The notes: generated from the sequence alone by a model not told the origin. A stretch of 63,253 nt of DNA, filler included, from Octopus bimaculoides (GCF_001194135.2; 5 parts of 3 records of this genome joined end to end with filler, not necessarily neighbours in it), one strand, 5' to 3'. Numbered from the whole stretch's first letter, positions 34,361-48,675 are shown. A program made the numbers and translations.

Positions 34361-35349
34361 AAGTGATATTCATATAAGAGTCTCACAACTGACACGTTTA
34401 CAAATATACGCTATCAACTCGGTATATTATTTCCGTTGAATTGGATATTTGATTATTTTAGAACGCAGTGAGTTGGTATAGTTGTTAGTGGGTCGAAGAA
34501 AAGCTTACCAGCATTTTCCCCGGCTCTTTATGAACTCGGTTCAAATTACGCCGATATCAACTTCACCTGTTATGCTTTCACAGTCGATAAAATAATGTAC
34601 CAGACAGGTATTGGAGTTGAGTCAAACTGTGCCTTTAAATTACAGGTAGTTTGCCATAATTAGAAGCAGTATTTTATAAGTGATCAGTTAATTTATTATA
34701 AGATAGTCTTAGTACAGAAGTGGCTTATTATGGAAGTAGTGTAATTTCATGGAAAATTGCACCCTTGTTCACTGAACATAGCATGTTTTTCAGATACGTT
34801 CCTCCGTCACTAAATCTTTTTTTTTATATATATCCCCTTATTGGCTCATTAATTTAAATTCTGAACTGCTTAATTTCCTCCCTATCTTATACATATGCTG
34901 ATGTAACCTGTGCCATATGGGGATATTCTTTGCAATCAATTAAATTCCTTGTTGTTCCAATCCCTACGTTAGCAAAAATATGATAATTGCTTCCCTTCCC
35001 AAGATATAGCCCACATAAGGAAGCCTGTAAAAAAAAAAAAGAATGATTTTTTTACATTACGCCGCTTCGAAGGAGAGGAAATGTAATGGAATTTCTAGTA
35101 AGCTTTCCAATGATATAATTGCTGTCCTTCCCAATTTTAATTCATATCATTAGCTACACAGAAAAGATAACCATGTTCTTCAAAATATTGTAAATAGCAA
35201 ATTCTAGCATGTTTCCAAGCGATTTGTAAGAAATCGATGTCTTTATGTTTAATTTCTTTACAACAAGTAAATAATATCTGCCACCGAGAAATTGGTTTAT
35301 GTGCATTATTTCATAACTAGAAAAATTGGAATCTAAATTTCATGTCACT

Positions 35350-35456
35350 GTAGTTTTTTCCTCAAGAACACAACGCGTCTCCCGGTCCAGGAATCGAAAC
35401 TACAATCTTACGATCATGATGCTGACACCCTAACCACTAAGCCACGCGCCTCCACT
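35350..35456 (-). mobile_element. tRNA-SINE head with V-like core, truncated
   Basis: Reverse complement ggaggcgcgtggcttagtggttagggtgtc...ttcgattcctggaccggg...gttgtgttcttgag. Confidence 0.8.
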
Positions 35457-35778
35457 TTCAAAGTGTATAGTAACAGGAAATTTAAATCTAACTTATCAGT
35501 TGATTTTTGATTTGAGTTATCTTTATACTATAGCGAGTACCACAGTGTAACTTTTTCAAACCTTAGCTATATCAACTAATTTCCGTAAACGAATCCGCAG
35601 TACATATCGCTTGCATGATAAACAATATCCGTTTTCTGCGGCTCCTGCTATTTCAGTGAGAACACGTTCCGGTAAACAAACCTACTATACTATTTCAGAA
35701 ACATTTTTGTCTCGTACAATTTGCTACTATTTCATGTCATTTGTTTCGGCATCCTCTCACGCCCTTAAAAAGACATCA

Positions 35779-35845
<67 letters not shown>

Positions 35846-35860
35846 TATACATACATGCAT

Positions 35861-35920
<60 letters not shown>

Positions 35921-37094
35921 GTATGTATGTATATATATATATATGGATGGATGTATGGATGTATAGGTATATATTAAGTATCTACACAGTTGCTGTTCTT
36001 GAAAGATTAACTGAATAATGAATGATTGTTGCAACATTATTCGAGTAATCGAAGCGGATGAGAAGATAATAGGGTTAACTGGGGATAAATATATCAAGGC
36101 TGCGTCATAAAACGTATTGAGTAGTTTTCGATGAGTAGACTTCACCGAACTCCTAACTGTAAATACCCATCATTGAAGATAGACACGTATTTGTGTAAAA
36201 TATGGAGACAGGAATATCGATATATTAATTTATTGGTAACACATACACACACACACAATACAAACTGTTAAGTCGTACATATCGAGATAAGTAAATTAAT
36301 AATTAAAGCTATAAAGAAATAGAGATATGTGAGTAGATATATAGGTAAGTAGATTGCTAGATGGACAAACAAATAAACAGTTATAGATAGGAAAAAGTGT
36401 TTGTAAAGAGGTACGTAGGTATATATGTTGATTGAGTGCGTCAGGTAGATATACAGTTATGCAGGTAAGTATGGAAATAATTAGGTAGGCCTATAGACAA
36501 ATAGATAGAAAACTAACTAGATACATAGATAATTCAATATACAATTAGAAGAAGCGGATGGCCATAAACATAGAAACAAAACAAAACGTATCATAAAACA
36601 CATGAGAAAACTTTGCTTCGAAATGAAATACATTATTTCCTTATCTGCTATAATTTTCGAAAGCATTTTGTCTTGAGGTAATCTATGACATTTTAAAGTG
36701 ATATTTTATGTAACTTAGAAAATCGGCATCTATTAATATTCTTTTTAATTCAATATGCGTTTGGTGTGAGGAAACGATATATCAGTGCAGTTCAAGGCAG
36801 ATATCAATCATTTCTTTCTTTCTTCTACGTTATATCACATATTTATTTATTTATATATGTATTTCATCTAAGTTATATCGCGTAATATTGTAATATTAAT
36901 GAACTAGGGGCGTTAAAATGATAGCGTATTAACTATATTTGTGAAGTTGTGTTAATAGTTGTAAATACATATGAAAAGTTTATTGTTTGAATGAAATGAA
37001 TATCTCTTCCGCGAGTACAATTATTCATTTATTGTATTCATATACTTCTTATGTATTTTGTTCTACTCACCGGACTCTGCACGTTGGGTAGACT

Positions 37095-37485
37095 GTTGTT
37101 GTTAGCACTCCGTCGGTTACGACGACAAGAGTTCCAGTTGATTCGATCAACGGAACAGCCTGTTCGTGAAATTAACGTGCAAGTGGCTGAGCACTCCACA
37201 GACAACTGTACCCGTAACGTAGTTCTCGGGGAGGTTCAGCGTTACACAGAGTGTGACAAGGCTGGCCCTTTGAAATACTGATACAACAGAAACAAGAAGA
37301 AAGAGTGAGAGAAAGTTGTGGTGAAAGAGTACAGTAGGGTTCGCCACCATGTCCTGCCGGAGCTTCGTGGAGCTTTAGGTATTTTCACTCCATAAACACT
37401 CACAACGCCCGGTCTGGGAATCGGAACCGTGATCCTACAACCACAAGTCCGCTGCCATAACCACTGGGCCATTGCGCCTCCACAT
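37095..37485 (-). mobile_element. tRNA-derived SINE with a degenerate target-site duplication
   Basis: Same family as 31455; flanks gttgggtagact (37083-37094) and gttgggtggatt (37486-37497). Confidence 0.9.
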
Positions 37486-38242
37486 GTTGGGTGGATTACT
37501 GAGTGCACAAATGTGTCTATCTACATGTACATTATGCGTAGTATATACATAAGAAAAATAAAATTAAGCATAGTCGTGTGGGTTACACGTTTGTTGGATA
37601 GGTCCTACGTTCGCTACCACTGAGTGGGCTCTTAGTTAAGTCTGTTCTACTATGCTATACTCCGCTTAAGTCATGGAAGAAGTTGAAATTCTGATTCTGT
37701 TCGAAGATGACGTTACGTTCATACATGTCCGTGATCTACTTAAGTACCTGTATGGTAATAAAGCGAATAGGTATTTAATTTGATCGGACAAGTGTAATAA
37801 TACCATTTGTTGAACCCAAACATTGATATTTTTAGAATTTACAGAGTAAGAAAGGACAAAGATTAATAATTTTTAAATATAGTTCTAGAAAGAGGTACTT
37901 TTGCTTTCTTTATCCTCAGATCAATCCCGATCAAAAGAATTATAAGGAAAAAATATTTTAAAGGCTGTGATCCATTTTTTAAAATTCGATATCTACTTAA
38001 AGTATGATATTAAACACTACAGACATCTCTATTTTAAGGTAGTTGGGTGTATGAGGAGCATTTGTCTGCTATTTAGTATGGATTATAGAACACAGAAATG
38101 CTGTTTGGTAAGTTGTCCAAATATTACTGAGGTGTATAATTGCGTAGTGAGATATAATGCAGCCATCGCATTTCATTCACTGTTATAATTATTTTGTACA
38201 AGCTTTAATTTAGGAAGTAAATAGAACAAATCTGTTTTATCA

Positions 38243-38388
38243 TTGTTCAAGTCACTGCTTGGAATCGAACTCAGAATCTTGGGGTTATGCCCGTGTGCAT
38301 ATGCCCACGGGCATATGGCGTAGTTGTTAAGAGCGCGGGCTACAAACCCCAAGATTCCGAGTTCGATTCCAAGCAGTGATCTGAACAA
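38243..38388. mobile_element. Palindromic head-to-head tRNA-like SINE dimer
   Basis: The right arm has A-box tggcgtagttg and B-box gagttcgattcc; the left arm is its reverse complement with a ~30-bp deletion; centre at gcat|atgc (38300/38301). Confidence 0.8.
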
Positions 38389-38401
38389 CAACAACAACAA
38401 C

Positions 38402-38466
<65 letters not shown>

Positions 38467-38467
38467 G

Positions 38468-39035
38468 TGACTGAGGGAGAAAATGTGCCAATTCTCTGGG
38501 ACTTCCCTGTACATACCGACAATTCTATAAAAGCTAATAAACCGGATATTATTATAAAAGATCAGACAAAGAAGAAATGTTTTTAATTGACATGCGTATT
38601 CCTTGCGATCATAATATAGCAGCGAAAGAATTTGACAAGATCAGTAACTATAAAGACTTGCTAAGAGAAATTGGGAAAATGTGGCACCTCAAGGCGACTA
38701 CTGTACCAGTGGTTGTCTCTAGGAATGATAGAAAAGGTACTGAAAACTATTTGAAAATGATACGAGGCTTACCATTCCTACAGGAAGTGCAAAAACCGTG
38801 TTAACTGGAACGACTTATGTACTGAGAAGAGCATTATCGCTGTGACGACAACATCCATTCATGAATTTATTTATTTATTTATTTTTTAAATACATATTTT
38901 ACCTGTGAATTTGCGTGTGTAAACTGGGAATGCATACAATGAGTTTCTCTGCCCTAGGTGTACGGAAAACACTCGGCGAGAATTGGAAGAAAATTTGAAG
39001 AAAGAAGAAAAAAAAAACATGATAATAAAAATAAA
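38468..39035 (+). mobile_element. 5'-truncated R4/Dong-clade element (RLE domain plus 3' UTR), directly after (AAT)n
   Basis: VPILWDFPVHTDNSIKANKPDIIIKD...LIDMRIPCDHNIAAKEFDKISNYKDL...MWHLK...VPVVV...GTTYVLRRAL; the UTR motif ctctgccctaggtgt...gaaaacactc is shared with the 33215 copy. Confidence 0.9.
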
Positions 39036-41561
39036 ATCTGTTTTAGTCAAACATTTTCTAATACTGATCACATTATTCATTTGCTATATTTCTCAGATTT
39101 TGGGTTTTACAACGTATATATCACGTTATTCCACACCAGTTATAAAATCTCAGTTATATCCACTGTGTCAGTAATTTCATTTTATAATCCACATACATCG
39201 CTTCTTTATGAAATGCAAATATGTTCTCACAATATGTTTTTAAAGTAAAGCGTTACTGCGGTCGTTTTCATTTCAATGGAGAATTGTTGAGCGAATGATC
39301 GGTTTTGTAGTTGAACCACATTACAATACTTACTTTTCTTCAAAGTCGTTATAGTTTTGCTTTGAAATATTTCAACTTAAAACTTGTGAATAAGAATAAA
39401 AGCGTGGAGAGCATGCATCTTTTTTTTATTTTTATTATATCATCTGCTTGTTTTGCTTCAGATCGTCAAGAGCCATTGTGGACCATTTTCAATTTTTGGG
39501 TTATTTTATGATTTCTTGGTTATCAATGAAATATATGCAATGTGTGCATTGAATAACTGGGAATTTTTAGTAGTTCAGAGTCTATATAAGTTCTTCGAAA
39601 TTATTCATGCTCCTACTCCCGATGAGTTCTTCCTCATTTGTTTTTTCTCGTGTGAAAAACTTCCTTTCTTGAAAGAAAGATTAGCAAGCCCATAAATGTT
39701 CTAAACATTGTCTTGATTTTATTTTTGATAATATAAAGGAGAATAAATGAGATATTTATCCTCCGCATTAATATTATTTTTTTTACCTTCTCTCTCTTTT
39801 CAAATCGTTTTATGTGTCATAATGTTCCTTGCAATTATTGTAATTGCGCCTATTGCTTAGAATCAGTCATCGTTTCTATTATTCGAAATGGGTATTTTCA
39901 TGGACGCAATACGTTTTTATGATTATCAAAGCCATTTAATTCATTATCTACTAATGCAGTGATTTTTTTGGACTGTTTCATGTGTTTTTGTATATTCTCA
40001 TGAATAATCTCTCGTATTTTAATGAATCGATTGTTGAATGTCGTCCTCTGTACCTTCCATCTTTTGGAATTATCCTAAATATTGATACTTAAAATACATT
40101 TCAGAACTGGTGATTCTACTTTAATATCTTTCTATTTTATTTAAAGAAGATAGAAAAACGAGTGCATCTTGTAACTGTTTAATTTAGTTGTTTCACGGTT
40201 GAGCGAAATTCCACTATACAAACGAAGATGTGCCAATAAAGATCAAGTTTACCGCTACACAACTAAAGGGACATATCAGTAAATGTTTCTTTAAATTACA
40301 TCGAGGCTTCATAAATGCCAGAATGAATTAAACAAGTTATTACTATATATCTATAACACATATCTCACTAGTTGTTGTATCATTCTTTTGATATCTTTGA
40401 TAATGAATCTGTTCGCTAAGAACTGAGTTGGTGTTAAACCACAGCGATATCAACAACGGAAAATGCGTCTTAAAATTAAAGCATTTAGATATAAGGCCTA
40501 CATAAATTTAAGATTTCAGGAAGTGTCTGTGTGAGAGAGAAAATCATGTACAATGCATATCTTGAAGCAGAACTAATTAAATTAGTGTCATCATATGTTG
40601 GGTCTATTTGTCTATTTGTTCTAACGTATAAAACTATTTACAGACGCCATTCTGGATTGCAACATAGATGCACGATTGTTAAACAGTGGTTTTATTGCTT
40701 AAACAGTTTACTGTTTGGTTTACACATTGGAATTACTTTTATCTGGATGTTGTTTGAATTCTCGATCAATAAACATATGATCAATGCTATATTTGATGAA
40801 CAAACTGATGACATGATAAAATTTATATGTTCATCATCAAGTATATTATAATCTTGATCTGACCATAAATAATATTGTTCAGTAATATTTTTCTTATCTA
40901 TATTTTGTCTATCGAATTCCCCGCACTTAATACATTTAAGTATGTACTGTACAATCCGTCCAGAAATAAAATTAGATGGCAGTCTGCTTAGCATATATCC
41001 AAAACGGAAATGTAATGGTATATTTGTTGTCATAAACAATTTGTTTCTATACTTAAATACAAGTCAAATGCAATATTATGAAAGATATATTAAGCTTATA
41101 TCTTGACAAGAAAAAGCTGATGCGATTAACGAATTTGTTGGTTATATCAAAATGTTGTTTCCAGTAGAAATATTTAAATGTGAATATGACAAAATTTGAA
41201 GTCGAAACCTAGAATAACATCACAGTTGCAAGGCTGTAGTGGGTTTTCCTTGCACAGGAAAAAGACGGAAATTCGGAATTGCGAGCGAAGATTTTCATTC
41301 ATGGAAGCATACTGATCTCCAGCAAAATGCCTTTTTCATATTCACCCCTTGTAGAACATTCCATCTGAAGATAACTGAACCATCTAGAACGGACGACAAA
41401 GGCCATGTATATGAACACAAGGATAAATAAAATTGGACATATGCGCATAATAACATACACCCATAAACACAATTGACACACACACAGACACACGCACAGA
41501 CACAGCCATGCAGACAGTCAGCCAGATATACAAATATGCAGATGCACATAGCATACACATG

Positions 41562-41770
41562 CGATGGGGTGTCTACAAGTTCCTGGCTTTAAGCGTGTCA
41601 CGAAAGGCCTGGTTGGAGGCCCAATCTTCCGAGTTCTTTTACAGGACTTAGCGAAAGTGAAGGACCTCTGCAGTAAGCGTGTTAATCAGAGAGGAATATG
41701 TTGAATAGAATCATGAGTAGCTGATCATCCTGCATTTTCTTTTACCGAAACTTTAAACTTCTCAGCCCCC
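41562..41770. mobile_element. Mariner-derived MITE, ~210 bp
   Basis: Ends ggggtgtctacaagttcctggcttt and aaactt..aacttctcagcccc; internal agaggaatatgttgaata resembles the end of a mariner ORF. Confidence 0.7.
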
Positions 41771-41792
41771 ACTAGTGTGTTTGTGTGTCTGT

Positions 41793-42140
41793 GAAGGCGC
41801 ATGGCTCAGTGGTTAGAGCGTCCGGCTCACAGTCACGAGGTAGTGAGTTCGATTCCCGGACCGGGTTGTATGTTGCATTCTTGAGCTAGACAACTCATTT
41901 CACGTTACTCCAGTTCAATCAGCTATAGAGATGATTTGTAACGTCACTGATGCCGAGCTGTATCGGACTTTAACTCTCCCTTGGATAACAACTGTGGTAT
42001 GGAGAGTGGGACGAGGAGGGGCTGGTATTCGTGGACAACTGCTGGTCTTCCATAAACAATCTTGCCCAGATTTGTGCCTCGGAAAGGAACTTTCTAGGCG
42101 CAATCCCATGGTCATTCATGACCGAAGGGGGTCTTTATCA
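41793..42140 (+). mobile_element. tRNA-SINE, V-like core, RTE-like tail
   Basis: ggcgcatggctcagtggttagagcg...gagttcgattccc; tail ...catggtcattcatgaccgaagggggtcttta. Confidence 0.9.
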
Positions 42141-42144
42141 ACAC

Positions 42145-42232
<88 letters not shown>

Positions 42233-42234
42233 AA

Positions 42235-42449
42235 TGAGGGGCTGCTGAAAAGTTCCTGGCTTTGTGTAAAAGAAAATACTGGAGGATCAGTTGATTATGA
42301 TTGTATTGAGCATATTCCTCCTCAGAATAGCACACTTATTGCAGCGGTCCTTCAGTTTTTCTGAGCCTAGTGAAAGAACTTGAAAGTCAGGCCTCCAACC
42401 AGGTCTTTCGCCAGACCCTTAAGGCCAAGAATTTTTCAGCATCCCCTCG
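42235..42449. mobile_element. Second copy of the mariner-derived MITE, inverted relative to 41562
   Basis: Inverted termini gaggggctgctgaaaagttcctggc and gccaagaatttttcagcatcccctc; its reverse complement aligns to 41562-41770. Confidence 0.8.
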
Positions 42450-42799
42450 CACGGGACAGAAGATTCTGTATTTTTGCTGCGTTGTGAGGTTTAGGTTGGT
42501 AATGAAGTGAATTAAATCTTGTGTTTGAAGCTGTTTCGCAACAGCATTTGATTTCAGTATTGTTTTAAATTATTAGCTCAAGCCAGGTAATTTTAAGGGG
42601 CTGGGGTTACTCAATGAGATATGCTTCAGCACCGGATTATATTTTATTTTATCGACTGCTAATGAATGACAGCCGGATCAGCGTATTCGGCATATGAACT
42701 CAGAAAATAAAGAGTCGGAAGAATTGCCATTAAGTATTTTGTCAGACGCACTTGAGGTTATGCCAACACGCAACCTTAAATGTAGTTCGTATATTAGTT

Positions 42800-42985
42800 T
42801 CATATTTTGGCACAGGGCCATCAATTTTGAGGTTGAGATAAGTGAGTTACATCGTCCCCTGAGTTCAACTGGTACTTACACCCCGAAAGGATGAAAGGCA
42901 AAGTCGACTTCGGCAGATTCAGAATTTGAACTCAGAAAGGATTTTGCCCGGCGTGCTAACGATTCCGCCAGCTCGCTGCCTTCGT
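42800..42985 (-). mobile_element. tRNA-SINE (62554 family head and core, different tail)
   Basis: ccccgaaaggatgaaaggcaaagtcgac...gaatttgaactcaga...cccggcgtgctaacgattccgccagctcgctgcc. Confidence 0.85.
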
Positions 42986-43636
42986 AAATAATGATCATAT
43001 TACGACAAGATTTTGAAAGCATTTTATCTGAGGTTGTTTTATACAAGCTTCACTTGTGATTTGCTCTGATTTATGGCAGATGTATGCTTGGAATTTTCTT
43101 TATAAATGTATGCAGGACTTTCTAAGATTTTCTGGAGGCGTAGTAGATTCAGTCGTCTAGATTCAGTGCTATTTGGAAAAATCTATCATTCTTTAAATGT
43201 TAGTCTCTTTTGTAATCCTTAGGATATTCCATAAATGATCTAATTAAAGCACATTCATATTTTGAAATGAGGAGCCCAGCATCATAATAAGGCACATTTC
43301 AATTCAAAGAATTTTGCATGTAATAAATGTGTTTATAAAGAGGTGGAATGTTGCAAATATTAGATGAATTTATCAACACATCAAAATGTCGAAGAACGTT
43401 TATTCATTACATGTGCAAAGCTTTATTAAAAGAATGCAACACGGTTCTTCTATTAATACCAATGGTAAAATGCAAGTAAACAAAGTTATCGGAAAATCTT
43501 TCTTTTACTCCCATATTCCAGTAGATTTTCATTCGAATTCATCTCAAGCAAAGTCAGTAAGCACAATGCAGTACCGTTAACTGCGATTTCTGTCTATCTC
43601 TCTTGTTGTTTTTCAAAAATGTTTCACGAAATGGAA

Positions 43637-43664
43637 TTGTTGTTGTTGTTGTTGTTGTTGTTGC

Positions 43665-43707
<43 letters not shown>

Positions 43708-43810
43708 CTTCTTCTTCTTCTTCTTCTTCTTCTTCTTCTTCTTCTTCTTCTTCTTCTTCTTCTTCTTCTTCTTCTTCTTCTTCTACTACTATTACTACTA
43801 CTACTACTAG
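43637..43810. repeat. Compound (GTT)(CTT)(ACT) array
   Basis: Direct inspection. Confidence 0.95.
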
Positions 43811-44022
43811 TCTTTAATTCCTCATTCCGTGCGCATGTTGTGTAAGCACAAAGACACATACCATTCATTTGTGTGCTCGTGTATGTGCATATAAATGTAT
43901 ATGTGTGTGTGTATGTGTGTGCGCGCGCGTTTGTGCGTGTGTACGTGCATGTTTTTGAATAATAATAATTCATACGCACTAACAGCATAACTACGCCACA
44001 CGCACACCCTCCTATATATGCA

Positions 44023-44063
<41 letters not shown>

Positions 44064-44521
44064 GTCTGTCTGTCGATCTTTGTGTCTGTCCGTCTATCTG
44101 TCTGTATCTCTGTCTGACTATTTATCTATCTATCTTTTTATCTATCAAAAAAAAAAAGGCAAAAGAGAGTCACTTACTGTTATAGTTCCTTCAATAACAA
44201 TGACAACATTCACCAAGGTTACCGTGGGTCTTTTCCGTAGGCTTTTCTTTCCACGGCTAAATCTAAACTGTCCTCCTCTCTTTTTACACGAGAACATTAC
44301 NNNNNNNNNNNNNNNNNNNNNNNNNNNNNNNNNNNNNNNNNNNNNNNNNNNNNNNNNNNNNNNNNNNNNNNNNNNNNNNNNNNNNNNNNNNNNNNNNNNN
44401 NCCTACGATCCCTTTTGATCGAGACCCCCCTACTTTTTTTTCTCTTCCCCCTCCCAAAAAGAAAAGATCTTCATTGTATTTGTCCCATCTTTGTTGAGCC
44501 CTGTGTGGCTCATAAAAGAAA

Positions 44522-44624
44522 TGTATCTATCTATCTGTCTGTCTGTCGATCCGTCCGTTCGTCCGTCGGTCCGTCCGTCTGTCCGCCCGTCCGTCCGTCC
44601 GTCCTTCCGTACCTACGTACGTAC

Positions 44625-44686
<62 letters not shown>

Positions 44687-44840
44687 GTGTTTGTATGTCT
44701 GTCTGTCTGTTTGTATGTCTGTCTGTCTATTGATCCATCTATCGGATATCTATCTATCTATCTATCAATCTATCTATCTATCTATCTATCTATCAATCTA
44801 TCAATCTATCTATCTAGCTAGCTAGCTAGCTAGTTAGCTA
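44522..44840. repeat. Compound tetranucleotide array (CTAT/CTGT/CCGT/ACGT/AGCT)
   Basis: Direct inspection. Confidence 0.95.
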
Positions 44841-45495
44841 TCTCTCTGTGTGCCTGCCTGCTATATATCTTTCTATCTATCACATCTATTACTATCTTTC
44901 TTTCTATCACAAAAACATACAGTGATTGCGTTATATGGACCGCGACCACACTACCATTGCTGGCTGAAGACCATTAATAATGACGAATTGTTTGCGAATA
45001 CTTATATTTTTGTAAAAAGAATTCTCTCGTCACCGTTCTCTTTCTGTTTTTTTTTTCAACATCTCTTAATATATGCCATTTATAAAGTTAACAAGAATCA
45101 CTCAGACGAAAGAAATATCAAAAGAATTTTCATAATTTATAACAAGAAGATTCGTAAAAGTTTCATTTCACATCAAAAGGAAACCTACAAGTTTAATAAT
45201 CAAAAGATTTTTGTAATTATTTTCCGCCTTACGTTAGGAAATTTATAGTACAAAGCCAATTAATATCAATATTTCATATATATCATATATATNNNNNNNN
45301 NNNNNNNNNNNNNNNNNNNNNNNNNNNNNNNNNNNNNNNNNNNNNNNNNNNNNNNNNNNNNNNNNNNNNNNNNNNNNNNNNNNNNNNNNNNNNNNNNNNN
45401 NTATATACATATATAAATATGATATATATATCCTATACATATACCTACAAATACATACATATACACATATACGCGTATATATAAATTTATATATA

Positions 45496-45547
<52 letters not shown>

Positions 45548-46198
45548 AATATATACACAGATGTATGTACACATATATATTTATGCACATATATGTATAT
45601 GTATATATATACATATATATATATATATATTTATTTATTTATATACATATATATATGTATGTGTATATATATACATATGCATACATAATATATATGTGTG
45701 TGTGTGTGTGTATGTATGAAATATAACATTAATTCATGCGTCTAATGCAGAGAAACATTTCGCAATCAGTTACGGAAGTTTTATTTAACCAAATTCCTTA
45801 TATAAATATAGACACGGTTTGCCAAAACCAGACACTGAATCATACACATTAGCATACCCAGAAAACGCATACATATATATTTATAAACATTTATATATGC
45901 ATGTGTCTTGTATATATACACATATATATATTTGCGTTCCTGAATGTCAAATTACCATTTTTTTTAAGCAAGCGAACGTACAGTTGTGAAGAATAACCAG
46001 AGTACGTACAGCTGAGGCGAAAGTAGTGTTTGCTTATTGCATCAGTTTTTTTGAGGAAATTAAAACCTTGGGCAGTTCCTTCATAATGACGTTGTATAGA
46101 GAAATTTAACTCTATCCAATAAGGCGTCACATTCGTTAGAGGATTTGATTTGACTGGTGTTTTATAATTTGTATTACTGCATTTTGAACGTCTGTCTG

Positions 46199-46267
<69 letters not shown>

Positions 46268-46365
46268 GGATCGACCGATCGATCTGTCTGTCTATTTGTC
46301 ACTCTGTATATTTCTTTAGGCATATATGTATGTGCTTGTGCTTCTGGGCTTGTGTGTCGTGAGTA

Positions 46366-46416
<51 letters not shown>

Positions 46417-46436
46417 TCACGGCGCACAAGTCCAAA

Positions 46437-46477
<41 letters not shown>

Positions 46478-46576
46478 ACATNNNNNNNNNNNNNNNNNNN
46501 NNNNNNNNNNNNNNNNNNNNNNNNNNNNNNNNNNNNNNNNNNNNNNNNNNNNNNNNNNNNNNNNNNNNNNNNNNNN

Positions 46577-46626
<50 letters not shown>

Positions 46627-47091
46627 ATATGTATACATGTACTATATAAACATATATACGTATTTATACATATATCTGCATACACATGTGTGTTTGCATG
46701 CGTGTGTACATGTTCGTGAATTTCTCTGTGCGTGTGTATGGCATTGTAGGTGGATAATTACACACAGATTCCTAATATTAGTTCGTTTTGGGGACAAGAA
46801 CACACCGATCTTATGTTGAAGAATTATATTTTCAGTTGCTTCACATTACGCTTCTAGAAGCAGAAGTAAAGGAGTGCTGGTGCACTCATAAGGCACCTGT
46901 TACTACTCGATCGAATATGTGAGAGCCGTGAGTCAGTCTATGTCTTCCTGTTACCATATACGCGCCAAATTCACCTAATCATACGTTCAATTGATGGCTC
47001 TACTAGAATTACTAGAGAGCCGGATAGAGTTGTTCTATTTATCCGGCTCTATGTATTCTGTGTTCAAATACTGTTAAAGCTAACATAACCT

Positions 47092-47492
47092 AGGAGTAGC
47101 TGTGTGGTAAGCAGCTTACTTACCAACCACATGGTTCCGGGTTCAGTCCCACTGCGTGGCACCTTGGGCAAGTGTCTTCTACTATAGCCCCGGACCGACC
47201 AAAGCCTTGTGAGGGGATTTGGTAGACGGAAACTGAAAGAAGTCCTTCTTATGTATTTATGAGTGTGTATATGTTCGTGTGTCTGTATTTGCCCACCCGC
47301 CACCCAACATCGCTTAACAACCGATGCTGGTGTGTTTACGTCCCCGTACCTTAGCGGTTCGGCAAAAGAGACCGACAGAATAAGTACTAGGCTCACAAAA
47401 AATAAGTCCTAGTGTCGATTTGCTCGACTAAAGGTGGTGCTCCAGCATGGCCACAGTAAAATGACTGAAACAAGTAAATAAGTAAAAGAGTA
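47092..47492 (+). mobile_element. Composite CORE-type tRNA-SINE with internal simple repeat and CR1-like tail
   Basis: Head gctgtgtggtaag...gggttcagtccc; CORE-like gcgtggcaccttgggcaagtgtctt; tail ...ggtgctccagcatggccacagt..atgactgaaacaagtaa. Confidence 0.88.
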
Positions 47493-48604
47493 TAACTGCT
47501 GATAATTTCAGTGTTGATAAACACATGTATTGCTGTCCCTGCCACTTCGAATCCCTTTTCACTTCTGAAAGAAATAGGGTCTGTTTAGATGCGGATAAGG
47601 ATGAGTTAATCGAGGTAGAATATTGCCTTAAGACCTCCCGCATATATTAGCAGTAGCCATTGTATCAAGTACTGACACAATATCAGCATCTCTGAGAGGA
47701 GTTAGATCGTTTACATCAACGCAGATACTATATTTTATTGACGCCAAATGGGATCAAAGGCAAAGCTGACTTAGGCGGGATTTGAGCTTAGCTCGAAAAA
47801 AGCTAGAAGAAATGCCGCTAAGCATCATGTCCGACGCACCAATGACACTACCAACTCGTCGCCATCATAAGTTGCAATAACAGTAATGACCCCAAGAATA
47901 TCAGCGTGATATAATCACTTGCAATAAACTGCTTAGAATAGGCTGATGTATGCTGTTATTTTGTTTAAAATTTAAAAACAAATTGTATATATAATAACAT
48001 AGTCGAAATCAATGTAGTAATCACGAAAACGAACTTTCATTCCTTAACGCCATCTCGTTTTTACAATTGCTATTATTTCTCCTGGTGATATCTTGCATTT
48101 TTATTCATTTATTTATTGGCGTGTCATTATTATTCTTGGTTGTAGTCGTAATAGTCGTTTATCTTCTGTTTATAATAAAGATCTTTGGTGATTTGCATCA
48201 AGTTTTATTTTCGATTTGAATATAGTATTTTTCACGTTCAATTCAGGATGCGTTCGGGTTTCATCTAACAGTATCGGTTGGAGTTTAACGAAACATGTCT
48301 ACTGCTGACAACAACAGCATCATATTTTGTCTTGTAATGTCTTAGAATCGATAGGAATCGTGACAATCCACTTCTTATGCACTGTTAAAACTTCACTTAC
48401 ACGATTATTTTTGCAAAACATTTCATGGAATTGTTAATTATATTCAATTACAGAAAGTGTATTTTTTTTTATTATATGTAAAAACATAAACACATACATG
48501 TATACATATATATATATATATACATACACACATACATACTTATATACGCACATAAATACACAGACAAATATTTATGCAGACATCAACCGATATGTGTGTC
48601 TGCG

Positions 48605-48675
<71 letters not shown>

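Noticed and set aside
39450-41040. Medium ORFs (39453-39695, 40531-40851, 40692-41039)
   Set aside because: No recognisable domain or splice framework; they are compatible with chance or very old TE remnants.
44955-44995. ctgaaga-ccattaataatga-cgaa as a hammerhead core
   Set aside because: It lacks the G-C pair closing stem II and the full GAAA, and stems I and III cannot be formed.
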